From Giardia intestinalis (lineage: Eukaryota), in the NCBI GenBank assembly GCA_000002435.2, contig CM018791.1: a stretch of DNA of 64,000 nt. One strand, given 5' to 3'. This document shows, piece by piece, positions 47,871-58,291 of the stretch. Position 1 is the first letter of the stretch; every line of letters begins with the position of its first letter. The notes under the pieces are model-generated. The model saw nothing but the letters and a program-made list of their open reading frames with translations, was not told where the DNA came from and did not search any database. Both the position numbers and the translations under genes were made by a program.

Positions 47871-49789
47871 TAGTGGTCCACAGAGATAATTTTATGCACG
47901 AATCTCGTCCTACCACCTTTATCTCCTTTCAATAATGTACTAATCGTGTCATTGTTTAGACGCTGCTAAGACGCTACACAGATAAATTCGGTAACGGAAT
48001 ATCTCCGTAAGGAAAGCGTGTAAGAGTGTGTTTAATTTAAAGCTGAATAGCAACGATTGCACTATGCCCATGTAGGTATTAAGAGGCTTATAATTACAAT
48101 TCGGTCTCTGTCTTTTGTGGTATACTTGTGATGGTCAAGGATTTAAATCCTTGGCTGTTAGCAAAGTAGACCAATGATAAAGTTGAGGATTGTCTGAGAG
48201 GAGGCAGTAAGTATGTATTTTGTGGAATAATCATAGCAACACTGCTCTTACGATAATCAGCTGGGGTATGCAAGATCCTGTAGAAGGGAATGTGAGGAAA
48301 ACTAAGAAATGGTACAATACTATGCTTAGCAAGACATTCTTTGGTTAATGAAAAAATATAGGTTGTTGATGGCCAATGCACCCTAGCAGTAGATTGCTAA
48401 GAAGCCTTGTGTATGATTAGGCACAAGGTATCCGTGTCTACGATTAGCTGCAGCATCCATGGTTGCATGCACCACAACGAGGTTGCTCCACCAAACCGAG
48501 TGCAAGACACCACCACACAGGCCGATCTGGTATAGACGATGCCATGCTACCGGGTGTGGAGCGGTACTTCCGAACAGTACGCGGTGTCTGTTGTGCATAT
48601 TTAGAGGACCTGGTTTGGTGTATATCGGTGACACACCACAGTTATGCTGAATAACGCCGAGATATCGATGAGTGGACGCACAAGTATTGAAGGCGATGAG
48701 CCACAGGGGCTTCTATGAACTGCTCACGGTGAGTGGAAGTACCGTAGATACCTTCACTACCAGGCACGCTTAACCCAATCTAGAATTAGTATAAAGCATA
48801 GAGTTGGACGGACCTAGACTGCGTCTAGTAAAGCGCAGGACACTTCTAAGAGCTCAACTTAAGGATGGCGAGGCGGCCCTGTAACCCTGCATAGCTGGCC
48901 TTGCATCCAATAAAGACTAGGGGCTGAGTGGCACATATGTTCGTCATCCAGGGTAGCAAATAGCCCGTGAAGCGGCAAGATTAATCTCTCCTGGACGAGC
49001 AACACGTAGTGAGTGTTCGACCAGTACCAATGGGCAAGAGTCAGTTCTCGCCATAACTGGCGCCCGGACGGCGGAAGCCAATAGGAAAGACAGCTCTTAC
49101 CGGAGCGGTACTGGGATGCTCTGCAAGTCAAAGCCAGAAGGGCCTGGTAGCCACACCGGTGTCTGCTGTCGTCAGGCAACCCTGTTAAAGAAGCAGCGGC
49201 TCCTCGAGCGGGGCAGCTTAGAGACCCACTACGTTCTCCTATTCTGCAGCGCATATTGTCTACTGGCAGGGAGCTGATGTCTTTCGTGGTTGCATGGTCC
49301 TGCTCACACCAGAGGCAGAGCCAGACGACGGAGAGTAGGAGACTGACTCCCAGCTGAGATCTGCTTATTCCAGGCCCAACCACACCGCAGTATGCATCCA
49401 CATCGATCTACGGTAGGTGGGCGGGCAGCTGGCTTGCGAGAGGGGAGCGGTGGCTGTGGCCAATCCACTACTAAACAGAATAAATTCATTAATAGAGCCC
49501 CCGAAAATCGCACAATGAAATCTTAGTAATATATAACAGAACGCTTAGCAGTGTTTACAGATGCACGACTACAAGAACTCACTCTTAGATATTCTCATGA
49601 AGATACGTCTTGTCTTGCCTAACAGAACCATTAGTACCCTATCATATTGCACTGCCGTTGCCCTTTCTTCTTCCACTTATGAATTGGATGCATCCATGAT
49701 GAACCATTTACACGTAGATTTACACGTAGAAAGAATCTAGGCAGTGTTTAAGTTTTCCTTAACAGTCATCAATACCCAAAGTCCTGAAA

Positions 49790-51856
49790 TTAGTCTAGCT
49801 TCCCGATGAAGTCCATTACATTGATGAAAATTCCCTCCACGCATATTAGACCGAATAAAGCTATAACGCTCCATGCGAGCATATGACGACGAGGAGTCAT
49901 TTTCGCACGCTCCAGGTCTGGATCAATGGTCCCGCAGATATTTCCTATTTCCATTATGCGTGTCATAGGAACTGCTGGAAGGACATTTGTAACGTCTTCT
50001 GTAATGCACGTTGTCTGCTCTGTAGATTCTGTAGAGTCTATCTTATTAGCCTCAGAGATTCGAATGCTGTTCTGGGTTAGACTGAGCGTTTCAGACTGCT
50101 GGTTGACGCCTTCTTTCTTTGAGAGTGCACGCGTCAGGGTGGGTCTGCTATTAAAAATGGATGTTGTGCGTGGCCGCGAATATTCCACATTAACTGTGAA
50201 TGGTGGTGGCTTGGATGCTTTAGAAATTGGCGACGCCGACGATGTTTGTGATGCAGAAAAGCTGGGGACTGCGGTAGAAAACGACCTTCCACGTATGACT
50301 CCAATAACGGACCGGATGCTCAGCACGGGGTCCTCCATGGATTTGCCGCGGACTTTAGCGGAAGTTACGTTGATAGGATCGGTGTTACTTAGTGCCCTGG
50401 CTCTAGAAAGAACCTCGTTAGCACTGCCGGGGAGCATTAGTGCCAGCACAGAGGTCCCAATAGCCTCTGTGCGTACAACTCCTAGATGATCTGCAGCCTC
50501 CTTGAATTCTTCATTGATGTCATGCGGATACTCGGCTCGGAGAAATGGTAGCTTATAGTGTACCCAAATTGGGACTCCAAAGTAGATCACCCCACCGCAC
50601 AGTGACCCCACAAGTCCAAAAATGGCAGCTATGTTTTCGTAGACAAGGGCTATACCTACACCAGGAATCAAAAACACAAAGCTAAACGCTACAAAGAGCC
50701 CGTACCACCGTCGTGGATTGTTCTCACAATCTACCTTTGTATACGCAATTAAGGAAAGCTTAAGCGGAAACAGAGCAATGGGATACGTAACACAAACAAC
50801 CAGGCCATACATTGCTTTTATCGATGTGATCCAGTAGTCCACACAGATATCGAACGACGATAATAGATTAGGAAGGATTGACTTGCCAAACAAGAGGGCG
50901 CCAAATATGCCTGTTAACACGTATAACATTGTGCAGAAAATGAACGCAATTGTAATTGATATCTTAAGAATACGCATTCGAAGATACATGGGACCACTGA
51001 TGAGTTCGAGCATCGCCGGGACGGCCAACTGAGAGGTATAGTTTCCTTGAAGCAAGGGTATGTAGCTGAAGAAGAACAGGAACCCCATGGGCAGGGACCC
51101 GAGCCCCAACCCCTTGCTCGGGGACGGCCACCAGGGGATCGCAGGGCGGAAGAAGCCCCCTGCCGTGCTGCCGTTGGTCGGCTTTGCTGAAGGAAAGCGA
51201 GGGCAGACCTGCCCGTTGCGTCCGAGGGAGATGAAGTAGTATACAGGGATGGTGACGGCCATGCCCATCGCAAAGAAGATGGAGACAGACGCTATGGCAG
51301 AAAGCACCTTCGTGGACTTGAGGAGAGAAAGAGGAAGGATGATGAGGAAGGAGACGCCGGCTTTTATCACGTATGGTATCCACTTGTGTGAGTCGAACGA
51401 AGGAAGGAATGACTGTAGAATCCCAATAACTGATTGGCTAGCAATGATGATGTAGCTCGTAAGAAAGCCAAAGTAGAGAACTATAAGCATTGCGTCCATG
51501 ACGTATGCAAACTTTGGCCCAATGACCTTTTGGGCTAATGCCCGATACGAGTAAGACCGCGTAAGGTAACAACCTTCAATAACGGGGAAAATAAGAACCA
51601 GCGCTATGGCGAAGGATAATGGTAAAACAAAGAACATTAAACCTAAGCCAACTCGTGAGAAAATGTATGCAATGGATAACAAAGCAGATCCCACGATTTG
51701 GGAAATAAGCATAAAGGAAGCAGAGACTGATGAGACATTCCCCCTAGGGAAGCCTTCGTTTTGTTTGTTATTGAGGTGCTTCTCGCCGAACAAACCGTCC
51801 TTTCCACTCATTTGAATTTTAGTGTTACAGGTGCTTGCTTTCACGTCTATCAACAT
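49790..51856 (-). CDS. Amino acid transporter (Aa_trans/AAAP-type, about 11 TM helices) with a long hydrophilic C-terminal tail.
   Basis: Many hydrophobic helices. The N-terminal transporter signature is SASFMLISQIVGSALLSIAYIFSRVGLGLMFF. The track start 51970 is a TTG. Candidate ATGs are at 51856 and 51811. Confidence 0.7.
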   Translation of the reverse strand: MLIDVKASTCNTKIQMSGKDGLFGEKHLNNKQNEGFPRGNVSSVSASFMLISQIVGSALLSIAYIFSRVGLGLMFFVLPLSFAIALVLIFPVIEGCYLTRSYSYRALAQKVIGPKFAYVMDAMLIVLYFGFLTSYIIIASQSVIGILQSFLPSFDSHKWIPYVIKAGVSFLIILPLSLLKSTKVLSAIASVSIFFAMGMAVTIPVYYFISLGRNGQVCPRFPSAKPTNGSTAGGFFRPAIPWWPSPSKGLGLGSLPMGFLFFFSYIPLLQGNYTSQLAVPAMLELISGPMYLRMRILKISITIAFIFCTMLYVLTGIFGALLFGKSILPNLLSSFDICVDYWITSIKAMYGLVVCVTYPIALFPLKLSLIAYTKVDCENNPRRWYGLFVAFSFVFLIPGVGIALVYENIAAIFGLVGSLCGGVIYFGVPIWVHYKLPFLRAEYPHDINEEFKEAADHLGVVRTEAIGTSVLALMLPGSANEVLSRARALSNTDPINVTSAKVRGKSMEDPVLSIRSVIGVIRGRSFSTAVPSFSASQTSSASPISKASKPPPFTVNVEYSRPRTTSIFNSRPTLTRALSKKEGVNQQSETLSLTQNSIRISEANKIDSTESTEQTTCITEDVTNVLPAVPMTRIMEIGNICGTIDPDLERAKMTPRRHMLAWSVIALFGLICVEGIFINVMDFIGKLD

Positions 51857-52067
51857 GTATTTATGAAGATAATCGCATGCTTCTTTGGTGTTACATATGT
51901 CACTTAAACTAGCATTTTGCTTTTCTTTTGTTGTTTTTAAGCCCGCAACATAATGCTTAAAACACGACAAGAATCATATCTTTGTTGAGTAGTACATCTT
52001 TCTAGTCTTAAGTAAAGGGAGGCAAAGGTAGAATCCACTGGGAAATGCATCCAAATAAAAAGCCATT

Positions 52068-52859
52068 ATGACCCGAGACGAGGAGATGATGTTTACGCTT
52101 CGCACCGGGGCAATTCCCCAGCTTCCCAGTCCAGAAGTTGTTCCATCCACCACTGGGGCCGAGGAGTTACATCAGATGATCATCCTGAAGGAGTGGAAGC
52201 GGGTCTGGTATCTTGGCGGTCATGGGGGCGTGCTCATTGAGATAGCTACACCATACGACGACGTTCGCAGAGGTAAGATGAACTGTCTACACTATGCGGC
52301 TCTAACGGGATCTACTGAGGCTGTGCGCTTACTCATGCAATCTGCGGGTAGGAAGGCGGCAAAGATCTTTATTATCAATGGCCCCAAGTACCATAATCCA
52401 TCTGCCTTGATGTTGGCTGCAGCTGGGGGACACACAGAGGTTGTGCAGCTCCTTATGAACGCGGAAGCACGCATGACAGAGGATTGGGGTGGCAAGACTG
52501 CGCTCATGATTGCCGCTTGGAATGGACATTGCGATGCTGTGCTCCTTTTGGCCGATGCTGAAGCCCGAATGCAGGATAACGCTGGGATGACTGCTCTGAT
52601 GCTTTCGGTGTGGACGGAGATGCCGGGGTGCACCTCTGTCCTGGCTCCTCTAGAGGCCGGTCTGATGGATGCATCTGGTCATACTGCGCTGTGCCACGCG
52701 TGCATGCACGGCTCGGTTGACTGTGCTAGACTTCTTGCTCCTCACGAAGCGGGTCTCCGCCTTCCCAGTGGGCAAACAGTTGCAGAGGCTGCCCTCTCCA
52801 AGACTCCTAGCCAGTACAAAGATGCTGTTGCTAACGTTCTAGCATCGTTCTTGCAGTAG
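52068..52859 (+). CDS. Ankyrin-repeat protein (Giardia 'protein 21.1' type).
   Basis: Repeated G.TALM.AA..GH...V.LL...EARM.D units, for example GKTALMIAAWNGHCDAVLLLADAEARMQDNAGMTALMLSVW. ATG at 52068. Confidence 0.75.
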   Translation: MTRDEEMMFTLRTGAIPQLPSPEVVPSTTGAEELHQMIILKEWKRVWYLGGHGGVLIEIATPYDDVRRGKMNCLHYAALTGSTEAVRLLMQSAGRKAAKIFIINGPKYHNPSALMLAAAGGHTEVVQLLMNAEARMTEDWGGKTALMIAAWNGHCDAVLLLADAEARMQDNAGMTALMLSVWTEMPGCTSVLAPLEAGLMDASGHTALCHACMHGSVDCARLLAPHEAGLRLPSGQTVAEAALSKTPSQYKDAVANVLASFLQ

Positions 52860-52912
52860 AGAACAATTGTTCCCTTCGTAGTGTGAATGCTTGCGCGCAA
52901 GCGCAGTAGATT

Positions 52913-53554
52913 ATGATTAATACTTTAGACATATTCCGCGGAAGTCAGTTTTCAAAAATAATGAGAGTCATTTGCATCGACGGGTGTCACGGCGTTGGCA
53001 AGACGGCTATCATTTCAGACATTGCGAAGCGAGGGTACCATGTGCTTGATGAGCTCTTCTTCGAGATGCCGAAGTTTCTAGTCCCTTCCCAGTCTCTCAC
53101 TGTAGAGTTTATTTGGATCTCAAACTGGTTCAAGCGCATTCTCGACATGCAGAAGTCCGGCATGGCGGATGACGCGGTCGTCTTTGCCGATAGATCACCC
53201 TTCTCTGCCGTTTTCTACTCGCGGGCATCTCCCGAGGACCGGCTGGCTCTAGAGCAGGTTATCCGCGGCATGATTGCAGAACTCTCCAAATACAACATTA
53301 CCATCCACACCGTAGGGCTGTTGGTCGAGCGCGAGGAGCTATGGAAGCGTGTCCAGCGGCGACTGGAGGCTGAGCCCTTCAGGCGGGAGTTCAACGAGGA
53401 TAAGCGCTGGTGGCTTGACCAAACTGCAGACTGGTACGAGAGTTTTAGATGGGATACTGTGATAGACAACAGCTCCCAGCGATCGTCCGTGACTGGCCTC
53501 TCGGCGTTGATCAGCCCGTTCATACGAGACGTATGCGGCATCAACTGGGACTAG
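52913..53554 (+). CDS. Deoxynucleoside kinase (dNK/dCK/dGK family P-loop kinase).
   Basis: P-loop ICIDGCHGVGKTAIISDIAK at the N-terminus. About 213 aa with a dNK-like layout (ERS.FSA motif: FADRSPFSAVFY; LID region RRLEAEPFRREF). ATG at 52913. Confidence 0.7.
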   Translation: MINTLDIFRGSQFSKIMRVICIDGCHGVGKTAIISDIAKRGYHVLDELFFEMPKFLVPSQSLTVEFIWISNWFKRILDMQKSGMADDAVVFADRSPFSAVFYSRASPEDRLALEQVIRGMIAELSKYNITIHTVGLLVEREELWKRVQRRLEAEPFRREFNEDKRWWLDQTADWYESFRWDTVIDNSSQRSSVTGLSALISPFIRDVCGINWD

Positions 53555-53595
53555 TTCCCCCAAGTGAATCCAGATCTCTGCCTTGTTGCTGGAGT

Positions 53596-54663
53596 TTACA
53601 CGTCAATGTAGTGGTTCCAGTTGAATCTGTCTGGGATCACCCCGTACTGTATGCCCTGGACAGTTTCATATAGTAGCTTGGTAACTTCGCCAACCTGATC
53701 GTCAGATTGCAGGAAGTCGATAACAGTGGAACCGCGGGTGATGGAAGCAATGGGCGTCACAACGACGGCCGTGCCTGTGGCTCCGCATTCTTGGAATGTC
53801 TTAACCTCTGTGAACGGGACCTCGCGCACATCAACCTTCCAGCCGAAGTACTGGGAAATAAGCTCGCGGAGAGTCTTGTTCGTGATCGAGGGCAAAATAG
53901 AAGGAGACTTAGGAGTAACGTAAGTGCACGAAACGATCTTGCCCGCCCCATCTCTCTGGATGTCCTTAATCCCAAAGAAGTTGCTGGTGGAGAACTCCTC
54001 AACAAACGTGTGCGTAGCAGCGTCGAGGTACAGCTGAATGGGGAAGCTCTTTTTCAGAGCAACGCTCTGGGCCTTAAGAGATGCGGCGTAGTTTCCGGCA
54101 CACTTCTTGCTGCCGACGCCATAGGGTGCTGCCCTGTCGAATTCGTCCATAACGATTGCGTTCACGCTCTTGAGGCCTCCCCGGTAATAAGGACCAACAG
54201 GCGCGACCATCATGAGGAACATGTATTCGGACGACGGTGCAACTCCAAGCTGGGCTCCGGTACCGATAACCAGGGGACGGACATAGAGGGAGCCCCCTGT
54301 ACCATATGGCGGGATATAGTCAACGTTATCCCTGACAACCATCGCAAGAGCATTGAGGAAGAGCTGCTCTGACGGGGACTCCATGCAGAGACCGTCGCAC
54401 GAGCTGATGAGCCTGCGGGCATTCTCAACTGGTCTGAAGGCAGCGACTCTGCCGTCAACAGTGCGGAAGACCTTGAGACCCTCGAAGACTGCCTGGCCGT
54501 AGTGAAGCGCAGAGGCCGCAATCGAAATATTGAATGTCGGCTCGTTTACCAGCTCAAGAGGGCTCCACTCGCCGTTTCTCCAGACACTGCGAACGTGGGA
54601 GCGCGTTTGCAGCCACGAAAACTTCAGCGCAGACCAGTCTATCGTGGAGGGATCGACAGCCAT
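53596..54663 (-). CDS. Branched-chain amino acid aminotransferase (PLP fold type IV).
   Basis: YGQAVFEGLKVFRTVDGRVAAFRPVENARRL, GTGGSLYVRPLVIGTG and C-terminal TGTAVVVTPI are typical BCAT motifs. 355 aa, ATG at 54663. Confidence 0.85.
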   Translation of the reverse strand: MAVDPSTIDWSALKFSWLQTRSHVRSVWRNGEWSPLELVNEPTFNISIAASALHYGQAVFEGLKVFRTVDGRVAAFRPVENARRLISSCDGLCMESPSEQLFLNALAMVVRDNVDYIPPYGTGGSLYVRPLVIGTGAQLGVAPSSEYMFLMMVAPVGPYYRGGLKSVNAIVMDEFDRAAPYGVGSKKCAGNYAASLKAQSVALKKSFPIQLYLDAATHTFVEEFSTSNFFGIKDIQRDGAGKIVSCTYVTPKSPSILPSITNKTLRELISQYFGWKVDVREVPFTEVKTFQECGATGTAVVVTPIASITRGSTVIDFLQSDDQVGEVTKLLYETVQGIQYGVIPDRFNWNHYIDV

Positions 54664-54970
54664 TTTTCATTCTCCTTTGCTTAAGAAAAATGCTGACCAT
54701 TTTAACGGACGGCCCCCAAGATTGCTACGTTAAAAGAATGGAGCCCCGGGCGTAGCCACAAAACTCATAGAATTTACAAAGCTGTAGGCCAAAAGAAGCT
54801 TGAAACCAAGTAACAAATGTAATTATTACCTACTAAAAGCAAGTTGCCACACATACTGTTATGTGCGCACCTATAGTCGCGAAACCTGCACCGCATTTTC
54901 GTGCCTCTGTGTCCTGAAACGTACGTAGCTCATAGCTCACGATAACTTTTAAATCCATAAGCTGCAAAAT

Positions 54971-57900
54971 ATGACAGTGCTACTGCCTCCGATCATCCTC
55001 ATTCCTGGGGTTGGTGGATCAAAATTGGACGCAGTAAATAAGAAGAATGACAAAGTAGAGCGGGTCTGGATCTCGAAAGATGTCCTGCCTGTGCCTCAGC
55101 TGGGGAAAAAATTTGTGCATTATCTGTGGGGCCGGCCGGATCCCGAGACGCAACTATACACCAGTTATACTGAAGAGTATGCCGAAACGCGAATAGTTGA
55201 TGGCCTAGAGGGATGCTGGAGGCTTCTCGACCATTGGGTTATAAACACAGTCGAGCAACTTTTTAAGAACACAACTCTTGGGAAGTACTTCGTCACAATT
55301 ATTGGACGACTTATGCAGGACTATGGGTACCAACCGAACAAGAATCTTTTCGGCTTTTCCTACGACTGGCGCCAGCCTTTGTATGCGGAGTGTATCAAAG
55401 GAGAGCTGCACAAACTGATTATTCGTGTACGTGAGCTTAACAATGGCATGCCTGTTAACATCATTGCCCATTCCCTTGGAGGACTGGTCGGCCGAACTTA
55501 CTGCCAACTAACGCCGGATTGGATGACACACATCAGGCGCTTTATTACCATCGCGACCCCTTTTGATGGCAGTAGTAGCATGACGCTGAACAGCTTCATC
55601 AATGGGTATGCGCTCGACGTCCCAGGCATGAAGCTTGTGGCAGCTAGAGGAATTCAGGCATCCTCTTCCGTGACCATTTACCTATCGAACTTGCCCCCTC
55701 AGTATGAAGGAAATGATGTATCTCATAATAGGCGTAAACCTTTGGCCTACCTTTCCAATGGCTTGCCATACTGTACTTATTACTACAACAGCTGCATATA
55801 TCTCAAGAAAGTACACAAAGGCCTTAAACGGGCTAAACCCACCCACTACCGCCAAAGAACCTATCTTGAGAAACCGCCGGGATACCCTATTGACGGCCAC
55901 GAGCCCCTACACTCGCTCCTCTTTAACCCCCTACCGGCTTCCCTTAATGAGGAAGGGCAGTACAAGTCGTCTCAGTTTGATACGGATACCTTAGTTCACG
56001 ACGCAGAGAAAGACTCCAGACTACCCTGTAGTCTCAGGTCGCATTCTACTTCTCCGATCTCGACTAAGAGAAGCTCTAAGGTACTCAGCTCGTATCGCCC
56101 CTCGTCCTCCGTAACCAAAGCAGGAATCCAGCACAGGCGAATGCACTCTGACACCGTAGAGAAGCTCAAGATCACCCACCAAGAATTGACGCCCAAGCGC
56201 TACTCTGAGATCGTGCAATCAGGATTCGATGACACTGAGGATAAATCCTATCAAGCCAAGCTCTCTATAGGGCGAGCAATCCACTCTCGGAATGGATCTT
56301 TTATCACGCTAAAACAAAACCTTGATGTTCCAGAGCAGACCCCGAGCCACAGAAGGTCAGGCTCTTCAGCGTCGTCCGTTAGCCCAGGACCTAGTCACAT
56401 TGTGAATTATCACGAGCACAGCCATCGAGCAGTATCGCAAAGACAGTCGCGGATGCTTAATTTATCAAATATCTATATCACATTGGACTTTTCCAGATAT
56501 GGAAACAACGTCCCTGATATAGGTGCCATTCTATTGGGTCGATTCTTGAGCGACCCTACTCTTATTGCCAACGATAAGAAAAAGGAAGTGTATCAGCTCC
56601 TTATGAAGAACATAGAACGCAAGGTAATTGTCAAGACAGTAGGCATTAAGAAGCCGCGTGCAAGTGGGAAGAGTCTAGACACCCTGCTTGTACCGAACTA
56701 TAAGAGCAAGAAGTCGATGGCCGCTATTGAGGAGATTGTGAACACGAAGGGTACATGGAGATGGGAAGCCTACTCAATGTGGCCGCACCTAGGACGGACA
56801 AATGCGACGAGCATGGCCGCACATCCTTATTTTACGTTTAACAGCGTTGGATTCCCAGTGTTGAGGGAGGATTGCCCCTACCGCAATGAAGTCATCTCTG
56901 GAGTCATGCCCCACGGAAGCTCTTTCTCGCAGAACAGGGACCTGTATCTGATCGCGTCTGCCCAGGCCATATACATATCCACGAGGCACCTGACCGAGCC
57001 TCTGTACAGGATGGTCCTCGTTGGAGACGAGGAAAAGATGGTTAAAGGAAAGCAGTTAAACCTAGAATATGTCCCTCCGGACGATCTACATCTAATCACT
57101 GACACGACCATCTACAAGGCAGATGCCAGCGGTGTGTATAGCGCGCAAAACAAGGTCGCCGACAAGACAGACTCAAGTAACCGCGAAAAGACTTTGAAGA
57201 AAGGCATCAAGAAGCACTCCCATGGCAAGAAGATGCGCACTGTTGTGTGCCAAACCCCTGCTCCGTGGGTTTTTCTGCTGGACATTCTTGAGCAACCCTT
57301 GTACAATTTGCTGCGGCAGGTAACCAAGGTGGGAACCCTAGAGGCATATCTCTTTCAGCCATTCAAAGAATACTGGAAGTCAGTTGCTCGGGCCAGAGTG
57401 AAGGCGCTTGAGTACAATCTCCAAGAAGACATCGGATCATCTCAGATAATGACCAGGAGCGAGTCCGTCTTTCCTATGTTCACCAGTGTCTCCCTCCAGG
57501 ACCATAGTGCTCTCGAGCGATCACTGACAGCCAGCATACCCAGCAATGCCCTCACGGGGGATGCAGCCTATAAGTTGGACCTTGTACCAGAGGCGCCAAA
57601 CGGGGGCCTCACCAATGCACCAAGTCCCGAATCAACCACTCTGAGTATTCCTAGAAGGCCTAAGCAAGCTTCTCCAGTTCGGCCAGAAAAGTATCTCCGG
57701 AAAAGAAACGGCGACCCTCGGTGCATCCCCAAGGAGCTCATCGCCCAGTACCCCATCCTGTCCTCGATGAAGCCATGCACAACGGACGACTTTAGATTTA
57801 TCAGCATAAATGGGGGAAATGTGCCTACACCCATACACACGATCTATCCCAAGCCGATAAGCACATACGACGAGCTCCAGAGCCAGCTTCCTGTCTTCAT

Positions 57901-58147
57901 AATGGGCAGAGGAGACGGGACGGTCCTTCTCTCGGGAGCGCTGAGCGACAACTTTGACGACGCGCTCGTCCACGACAGAGTGGTGATCCCGGATGCCACG
58001 CACGGCGGGCTGCTCCACGACGAGGCCGTCTTCTACCTGATCTACATGGGGCTCGGGCTCCCCCTGCAGCTCCCGCACACCCACGGCGAGCCGGAGCCGG
58101 AAGAGCGGGGCGCCGGGCCGGCGAACGGCCGAGCAGAGGTTGAGTGA
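54971..58147 (+). CDS. LCAT/PDAT-family phospholipase/acyltransferase domain protein with a ~600-aa C-terminal extension.
   Basis: N-terminal PILIPGVGGSKLDAV, lipase nucleophile motif IIAHSLGGLVGRTY, FITIATPFDGS. ATG at 54971. Confidence 0.75.
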   Translation: MTVLLPPIILIPGVGGSKLDAVNKKNDKVERVWISKDVLPVPQLGKKFVHYLWGRPDPETQLYTSYTEEYAETRIVDGLEGCWRLLDHWVINTVEQLFKNTTLGKYFVTIIGRLMQDYGYQPNKNLFGFSYDWRQPLYAECIKGELHKLIIRVRELNNGMPVNIIAHSLGGLVGRTYCQLTPDWMTHIRRFITIATPFDGSSSMTLNSFINGYALDVPGMKLVAARGIQASSSVTIYLSNLPPQYEGNDVSHNRRKPLAYLSNGLPYCTYYYNSCIYLKKVHKGLKRAKPTHYRQRTYLEKPPGYPIDGHEPLHSLLFNPLPASLNEEGQYKSSQFDTDTLVHDAEKDSRLPCSLRSHSTSPISTKRSSKVLSSYRPSSSVTKAGIQHRRMHSDTVEKLKITHQELTPKRYSEIVQSGFDDTEDKSYQAKLSIGRAIHSRNGSFITLKQNLDVPEQTPSHRRSGSSASSVSPGPSHIVNYHEHSHRAVSQRQSRMLNLSNIYITLDFSRYGNNVPDIGAILLGRFLSDPTLIANDKKKEVYQLLMKNIERKVIVKTVGIKKPRASGKSLDTLLVPNYKSKKSMAAIEEIVNTKGTWRWEAYSMWPHLGRTNATSMAAHPYFTFNSVGFPVLREDCPYRNEVISGVMPHGSSFSQNRDLYLIASAQAIYISTRHLTEPLYRMVLVGDEEKMVKGKQLNLEYVPPDDLHLITDTTIYKADASGVYSAQNKVADKTDSSNREKTLKKGIKKHSHGKKMRTVVCQTPAPWVFLLDILEQPLYNLLRQVTKVGTLEAYLFQPFKEYWKSVARARVKALEYNLQEDIGSSQIMTRSESVFPMFTSVSLQDHSALERSLTASIPSNALTGDAAYKLDLVPEAPNGGLTNAPSPESTTLSIPRRPKQASPVRPEKYLRKRNGDPRCIPKELIAQYPILSSMKPCTTDDFRFISINGGNVPTPIHTIYPKPISTYDELQSQLPVFIMGRGDGTVLLSGALSDNFDDALVHDRVVIPDATHGGLLHDEAVFYLIYMGLGLPLQLPHTHGEPEPEERGAGPANGRAEVE

Positions 58148-58291
58148 AGGGATCCTACGTGATGGCTTCGTCGTCATGACCGCCTCCGCCAGGACAGCTA
58201 TTCGTCATCGGGTTGGGGTTCTTTTTCTCGGGGGATCAAAATTCAAATTAAAATACATTTAATGTGATTTATTCTGGATGCTAAGAAGAGA

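Noticed and set aside
48859-49513. GC-rich ORFs of 180 aa and 69 aa in the ORF-poor region.
   Set aside because: Their composition (runs of R, G, A, L, C, W) is typical of GC-rich non-coding DNA. No start context and no motif. The region is kept as a finding, not as genes.
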